Shown piece by piece: positions 15,951-20,000 of a stretch of 20,000 bases of DNA. The stretch lies in IMG/VR virus record IMGVR_UViG_3300030518_000008; one strand, given 5' to 3'. Each line of letters starts with the position of its first letter. The stretch's first letter is position 1. The translations under genes were made by a program, and so were the position numbers. This stretch comes from an uncultured virus (IMG/VR IMGVR_UViG_3300030518_000008). Taxonomy: Duplodnaviria > Heunggongvirae > Uroviricota > Caudoviricetes. Under the pieces are notes generated by a model. The model was given only the letters and a program-made list of their open reading frames with translations. It had not been told where the DNA came from and did not search any database.

Positions 15951-16156
15951 TAGCGGTCGAGGTAATGCGCGGGGAACGGGTGAGCCGACATGCAGTAGCC
16001 GTGCTCCCTAATAATCCGACCCCAAGCGCATGCCTCTTCGCGGATGGTGGTGAAAATCGTTTGCATCAGCTTACCGCTCTTGTCTGTGTAGGTAACTGCA
16101 AAAACTTCCTTGCCAGAGTGGCGGTCGGTCTTACTGATCAGGGCTGCGTTGGTCAT
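15950..16156 (-). CDS. Hypothetical phage protein
   Basis: GGAG RBS; part of the contiguous leftward gene run. Confidence 0.65.
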   Translation of the reverse strand: MTNAALISKTDRHSGKEVFAVTYTDKSGKLMQTIFTTIREEACAWGRIIREHGYCMSAHPFPAHYLDR

Positions 16157-16186
16157 CGTCTTGTCTCCGTTAAGGGTTCGGCCGAG

Positions 16187-16450
16187 TTACCATCGGGGAG
16201 CATCCATCAGGACCGGTACGCCACGATGTACAAGAAGTTGCACGCTGTCGGCGTCCCGAATTGAATGCTTTGTCTGACACTGGTATTTCGCTGCAATATG
16301 AATTGCCTCGCGCTCACTATCTGCCGTCACGCAATAGCCTCTTCCCGTTCCAAAACGTCGCCCCGCTTCTTCAGACTTGAGCGTCGTGCGCTCTGCCGTC
16401 ATGTCATTCATTTTGACGTTGAACAGCGGCTTAACGAACGTCCGGCCCAT
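16187..16450 (-). CDS. Hypothetical phage protein
   Basis: GGAGG RBS before ATG 16450 (MGRTFVKP...). Confidence 0.6.
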   Translation of the reverse strand: MGRTFVKPLFNVKMNDMTAERTTLKSEEAGRRFGTGRGYCVTADSEREAIHIAAKYQCQTKHSIRDADSVQLLVHRGVPVLMDAPRW

Positions 16451-16451
16451 C

Positions 16452-16658
16452 TCAGCCTCCAACCTGGAAGCAGTAGATGGTGCAGAAGGTGAGGTGGTGC
16501 GGAACGGTCAAACCGTGCGCCCACAGAACGGTCAGCAGGGCGTTCGCTTCGTCGTCGCTGCCCAGGTTATCGATGATGCCTTGCAGGCTCTTGGCGGGCT
16601 TGCTGATGGCGGTAGCAACCCGCTTGTCCATGCGGGCGATGAGCTTGGCTTGTGTCAT
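16452..16658 (-). CDS. Hypothetical phage protein, first gene of the leftward early-type operon
   Basis: Strong GAGGAG RBS; downstream of the promoter at 16828-16856. Confidence 0.65.
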   Translation of the reverse strand: MTQAKLIARMDKRVATAISKPAKSLQGIIDNLGSDDEANALLTVLWAHGLTVPHHLTFCTIYCFQVGG

Positions 16659-16827
16659 TGGTGTTCTCCTCTCAGGCGTTGAAGGAGAGGCACCGTTGGT
16701 GCCGCTCCCTAAGCGTCCGTAGTCTGTCCTGTCATCCCCTCACTGAGGGGCGTTTGAGCACCGGCTTGACGGTCTGCTTGGCGGTCTGGGCTGGCCCGGT
16801 AGAGCGGTGTGTCGCTCTGATAAAGCT

Positions 16828-16856
16828 AACATAGTCCGCTTGTCGGGATTGTGCAA
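16828..16856 (-). promoter_or_regulatory. Leftward sigma70 promoter of the small-gene operon
   Basis: Minus strand TTGCAC-N17-TATGTT. Confidence 0.6.
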
Positions 16857-17006
16857 GCGCTTTCTCCAAGCACGGCAATGACGAAAGCGTGAGCACGATT
16901 TAGCGTTGTCAGTAGCTGCGCAGGTGGTCGTACATCCATCGTAACGATGCTTTCTGCAACATGTGATCAAAAAAACCCAGGACTAAGGCCGCTTTCAAAA
17001 CGTGAT

Positions 17007-17035
17007 TTGACACGTTAAAAACCGTTTGCTATACG
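17007..17035 (+). promoter_or_regulatory. Strong rightward sigma70 promoter
   Basis: TTGACA-N17-TATACG with extended TG; GCTATA resembles the alphaproteobacterial -10. Confidence 0.7.
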
Positions 17036-17194
17036 CGCGGATACAAACTCCGTCGGTTCTACCAGTCTTTCTTTCTTACTTTCTTTCTTGTTTGTTGAAA
17101 CAGATGCGAGCGGACCGCCACAAGGCGGGTAGCGCTCTGGCAGGTGGGGCACGAGAGAAACCGAGCCTGAACCATCCCTGGCCCGACTCTCAAA

Positions 17195-17452
17195 GCCAGC
17201 ACCAGCAATTCCGGAGGGACTCGGATGGTCTTTCCCTCTTGACCCATAAGCAGGCTAGCGTGCCATGCCGGTTCCGCTGGAGCTCCACCGGCAATCCACG
17301 ACCGAACGGTCCTGAGCAAGAGTTCTGCACACGGTTTCAACACCAAAGCGTGGACAGAAGTGGGCATGACCCATTAGAGTGCAGGAGGCAACAGTCTCAA
17401 CGAGTGTGTACCAAGGCATGGGAATAAAGATGACGCCAGCACCAGCAATTCC
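17195..17452 (+). repeat. 18-bp direct repeat GCCAGCACCAGCAATTCC, two copies
   Basis: Identical copies at 17195-17212 and 17435-17452, 240 bp apart; a partial copy CACCGGCAATCC near 17286. Confidence 0.85.
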
Positions 17453-17469
17453 TGCGCGCGCGAGGAACA

Positions 17470-17844
17470 ATGCCAAAGCTGCCTGAGGTCGGGGCGACAT
17501 ACAAAAGGTTCGGATCGGATGTGCCTTATGTCTGTGTCAGGCGCGAATGGTATCAGCGCAAGGATGGCAAGAGCGTCGAAGTGCCGGTCTGGACGGCAGC
17601 TTGCAGGCAGTGTCAGGTGCAGTTTGAGCAGCGAAACTGGAACCCCGACACACAGCGATGCAGAACCTGCATAGGACCGTTCCAGATGCCTGGAAGGCCA
17701 CCAACATATAGGCCGGGTATGCAGCCGAAAGCGCCGGATATGATAGATTCTAGCCACAAAACGTCAGAGAAGCTTGCCAATTCGTACTGGAAGAACGGCA
17801 CCAGCCAGTTGAAACCCCCCTCCAGCGGGTATATCACCGACTGA
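17470..17844 (+). CDS. Hypothetical protein with CxxC...CxxC putative Zn ribbon
   Basis: GAGGA RBS; CRQC and CRTC pairs. Confidence 0.65.
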   Translation: MPKLPEVGATYKRFGSDVPYVCVRREWYQRKDGKSVEVPVWTAACRQCQVQFEQRNWNPDTQRCRTCIGPFQMPGRPPTYRPGMQPKAPDMIDSSHKTSEKLANSYWKNGTSQLKPPSSGYITD

Positions 17845-17882
17845 GTGGTACCCGCGCGAGGCCTGAGTGGTACCCGTGCGAG
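17841..17882 (+). repeat. Tandem 20-bp direct repeat CTGAGTGGTACCCGYGCGAG, period 22
   Basis: Copies at 17841-17860 and 17863-17882 with one mismatch. Confidence 0.85.
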
Positions 17883-17915
17883 TGTGCAGTGAGGCTAACG
17901 CTAGCAGCTAAGCTG

Positions 17916-17944
17916 TTGACATTGCACGATAGCTGACTTAACAT
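17916..17944 (+). promoter_or_regulatory. Candidate sigma70 promoter overlapping the dif-like site
   Basis: TTGACA-N17-TAACAT. Confidence 0.45.
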
Positions 17945-17963
17945 AATCACCATTATACGGTCT
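17936..17963 (-). other. dif-like XerC/XerD recombination site
   Basis: Minus strand AGACCGTATAA-TGGTGA-TTATGTTAAGT in an 11-6-11 layout. The XerD arm matches E. coli TTATGTTAAAT at 10/11, and the XerC arm keeps the CG.ATAA core. The site is intergenic. Confidence 0.78.
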
Positions 17964-18176
17964 TTACAGATACACTAGGCGCCAGTGACGCCGTCTTGTG
18001 GCAGTCTCGGTGCCAGGGTGGTGGCCCCCCCTCCCTCGCCCCTCCCTCGCCCCGCCAGCGGTTTCCGCAGCGGTTCCGACCCTTTGGGACGTTGACTGGC
18101 GAGGGAAAAGGTCCCCACCCCATCTCTCCGTTTATTTTTTTCTGTATGGATTGTGCAAACCCGGTATTCTGGCCTC

Positions 18177-18650
18177 ATGAGCAGGACATCGGATTTGTCA
18201 AATGATGAAGGCGCGCCTCGGTTTTCACCTGTCCAGCAGGCGCGTTTGCAGTGCGCCCGTCTTGGCATTCCCTTGGGGCGGTACAGGCAGTGGCGGGCGG
18301 AGCGCGCCAGCGCGCAGCGTCGTGGTCTGGCGTGGGATCTGGGGCTGCCTGAGTGGCATGCGCAGGCGCTGGAGGGGGTGGTTGTTGAGGTTGACCCGAT
18401 CGATGCGGCTATTCGCCGTGCTGGGGTGATCAGGCGCAGCGCTACGCTGGCTGTGGCGGGGCGTGGCTTGGGGGATCATCTGCGGGTGAAGGGTGCGGCG
18501 CATCCGCGCTCACGCGCGGTGCTCACGCCTGAGGGGCGGTTTGCCTCGCTCACGCTTGCGGCCGAGGCGTTCGGGGTTAGCAGGCAGGCGGTGTGTCAGT
18601 GGCTGCGGGAGGGCCGGGCCGGGTGGAGGTATGATGGGGCATCAGAGTAA
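18177..18650 (+). CDS. Homing-endonuclease-derived DNA-binding protein (NUMOD1-like HTH, no nuclease core seen)
   Basis: Y......A.RRG..W.L...EW N-terminal motif; HP.SRAV.TP.G.F.SL..AAEAFGVS...V..W C-terminal HTH. Confidence 0.6.
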   Translation: MSRTSDLSNDEGAPRFSPVQQARLQCARLGIPLGRYRQWRAERASAQRRGLAWDLGLPEWHAQALEGVVVEVDPIDAAIRRAGVIRRSATLAVAGRGLGDHLRVKGAAHPRSRAVLTPEGRFASLTLAAEAFGVSRQAVCQWLREGRAGWRYDGASE

Positions 18651-18921
18651 TGCGATCTGGGTTGAACTGGACGGTGTGCGCCGGCGGCTGGTTGATCTGT
18701 GCCGGGAGTTCTCGGTTGACCCGAATATTGCCCGCAGTCGTCTCAGGTGCGGCTGGCGGCTGGAGGATGTGCTGAGCAAGCCGGTGGCTAAGCGCGGGGC
18801 GAAGATGGCTTACGTGCGTGAGCTGCTGGCATCGGGCCAGCCGGTTCAGCGGGTGATTGAACGGGGGTTCAGCCATACGCTGGTGTATCAGGCGTGGCTG
18901 GACATGCGGAAAGGACGCTGA
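18631..18921 (+). CDS. DNA-binding protein resembling the C-terminal HTH of phage HNH endonucleases
   Basis: N....LDG....L..LC.E..V......SRL..GW.LE..L..P; GGAGG RBS. Confidence 0.65.
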   Translation: MMGHQSNAIWVELDGVRRRLVDLCREFSVDPNIARSRLRCGWRLEDVLSKPVAKRGAKMAYVRELLASGQPVQRVIERGFSHTLVYQAWLDMRKGR

Positions 18922-19136
18922 TGCCGTACAAGCCCACAGGCAAGCCTGTCGGACGGCCACTGTCGAAGCCGCGGATGGCAGCAAGAAAGCTGCTCATGAA
19001 GGGGGCGGGTGCGGCCGAGTGCATTGCCGCCGGCGTTCCGGAGTACGCGGTTTATCGTGAGTTGAAGGCAATGAGGAAGCGTCAGGCCGTGAAGGATTGT
19101 GCCGTGTTCGTGAACAAGGGGACAATTGTTCCGTAG
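18921..19136 (+). CDS. Small basic protein with KPTGKPVGRP (AT-hook-like) motif and HTH-like segment
   Basis: TGATG coupling; AAGGA RBS. Confidence 0.6.
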   Translation: MPYKPTGKPVGRPLSKPRMAARKLLMKGAGAAECIAAGVPEYAVYRELKAMRKRQAVKDCAVFVNKGTIVP

Positions 19137-19189
19137 GCCACCCGCCACCTATGTTGGCTGATAACAAACACGTCAACAGAGGGTAGCCG

Positions 19190-19414
19190 ATGCCGTTCAG
19201 TGGAACGACTGCACAAGACTACATCAACCACGTAGTCGAGGAAACCGCCAGTGCATTGCTGCACGAATGCGATACGGACCTCGCCCTTGTTGTGCTCAAG
19301 TCGATTGTGGTCAACGTCATTCGCAATGCGCAATACGATCCCGGCAGGCGGGATGCGGTGGTAGGGCGCTTCGCTGACGCGCTGTTCGAAGCTTTTCTGG
19401 AGGGTGAGCCGTGA
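19190..19414 (+). CDS. Hypothetical helical protein
   Basis: GAGGG RBS; GTGA-coupled to the next gene. Confidence 0.65.
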   Translation: MPFSGTTAQDYINHVVEETASALLHECDTDLALVVLKSIVVNVIRNAQYDPGRRDAVVGRFADALFEAFLEGEP

Positions 19415-19659
19415 CGGACGAAACCGAACATTCCGAAGGTGCTCTGAATGGGTATGCCCTTGAGTTGGCACTGCACGTCCTGACGGATTTCACCGATCCA
19501 GCGGAGCAGATGATGATTGTGGAGGTGGCTGTCTGCAATGTCATCCTCAACCTCTCAGTGCCGGATTGCCGCAAGATGGACGTGATTGAAATGCTGGCTG
19601 CCAAATGCCGCCCGCTGCTGCGCAACGCCCTGGCGGCCAAGGCGAAGGAGATGAACTGA
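19411..19659 (+). CDS. Hypothetical helical protein, probable paralogue of 19190..19414
   Basis: GGAGGG RBS; shares V.NVI.N and spaced hydrophobic residues with the upstream gene. Confidence 0.65.
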   Translation: MTDETEHSEGALNGYALELALHVLTDFTDPAEQMMIVEVAVCNVILNLSVPDCRKMDVIEMLAAKCRPLLRNALAAKAKEMN

Positions 19660-20000
19660 TGAAGTGGCAAAAGCACGAGACTGTTGCCGGTCACCAGTTC
19701 TATCCCAACGGGGTTTGCGCCTGCGGCCGGCGCTGGGTGGACATACGCAATGCCGGTACGGAAGACTTGTTTTCCTATGGCATAGCCCACGTCGACAGGC
19801 TTTCCGCTGGTGAGATCGATCAGATCCGGCGCAAGCGGGAGGAAGAAGATAACGCCCTGGCTGCCGCCATGGGCTACGCCACCGGCAAGGCCAGGGATGC
19901 GGAACCCGCCCCAGCCGATGATTACGTGAACTTCTGGATGCCGAACCCGCCGCTTATGGGGGACCCTTTTTGCCAGCGCATGCTGGAGCAACTGAACGAG
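19659..20000 (+). CDS. Hypothetical protein, 3'-truncated (MKWQKHETVAGHQFYPNGVCACGRRW...)
   Basis: AAGGAG RBS; TGATG coupling; frame open to the window end; H...CxCG possible metal site. Confidence 0.6.
   Translation, partial: MKWQKHETVAGHQFYPNGVCACGRRWVDIRNAGTEDLFSYGIAHVDRLSAGEIDQIRRKREEEDNALAAAMGYATGKARDAEPAPADDYVNFWMPNPPLMGDPFCQRMLEQLNE

Noticed and set aside
17015..17029. Possible CtrA box in the rightward promoter
   Set aside because: It reads TTAA-N7-TTGC, so the second half-site is poor.
17026..17427. ORFs 17026..17427 (+) and 17059..17367 (-)
   Set aside because: No SD, no recognisable motifs and atypical composition; the first begins inside the promoter. Not fully excluded.
18025..18056. 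KOPS (GGGNAGGG)-like motifs on the minus strand pointing toward the dif-like site
   Set aside because: Only 7/8 matches (GGCGAGGG, AGGGAGGG), and they lie on the XerC side; not sufficient to call.
19317..19991. 224-aa minus-strand ORF
   Set aside because: It is antisense to three coupled plus-strand genes with good SD sites.

Overview
This window is a fragment of a GC-rich tailed dsDNA phage or prophage. The host is probably an alphaproteobacterium, inferred from a GcrA homologue and promoter style. From left to right it contains: (1) the end of the tail/lysis module, with a 5'-truncated tail-spike/fibre protein ending in an SGNH esterase domain and a GH108-type endolysin; (2) a leftward operon with Gp157, an ERF single-strand annealing protein and two signal-peptide proteins, one GH16-like; (3) a divergent promoter switch; (4) a rightward operon with a Cro-like HTH, RusA, GcrA-like protein, DnaB-like helicase and a secreted GH12-like/SPRY protein; (5) an accessory block with an apparently catalytically dead serine-resolvase-like protein, DUF4326 and a Zn-finger/HTH protein; (6) a long leftward run of small early-type genes; (7) a largely non-coding control region (about 16660-18170) with divergent sigma70 promoters, a ~430-nt untranslated leader, direct repeats and a well-formed 28-bp XerC/XerD dif-like site overlapped by a promoter; (8) small DNA-binding genes derived from homing-endonuclease domains. 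The most notable observations are the dif-like site with its neighbouring control region, the secreted beta-glucanase-like enzymes encoded outside the tail module, and the dead resolvase. All family assignments come from recognising motifs by eye; no database search was run.
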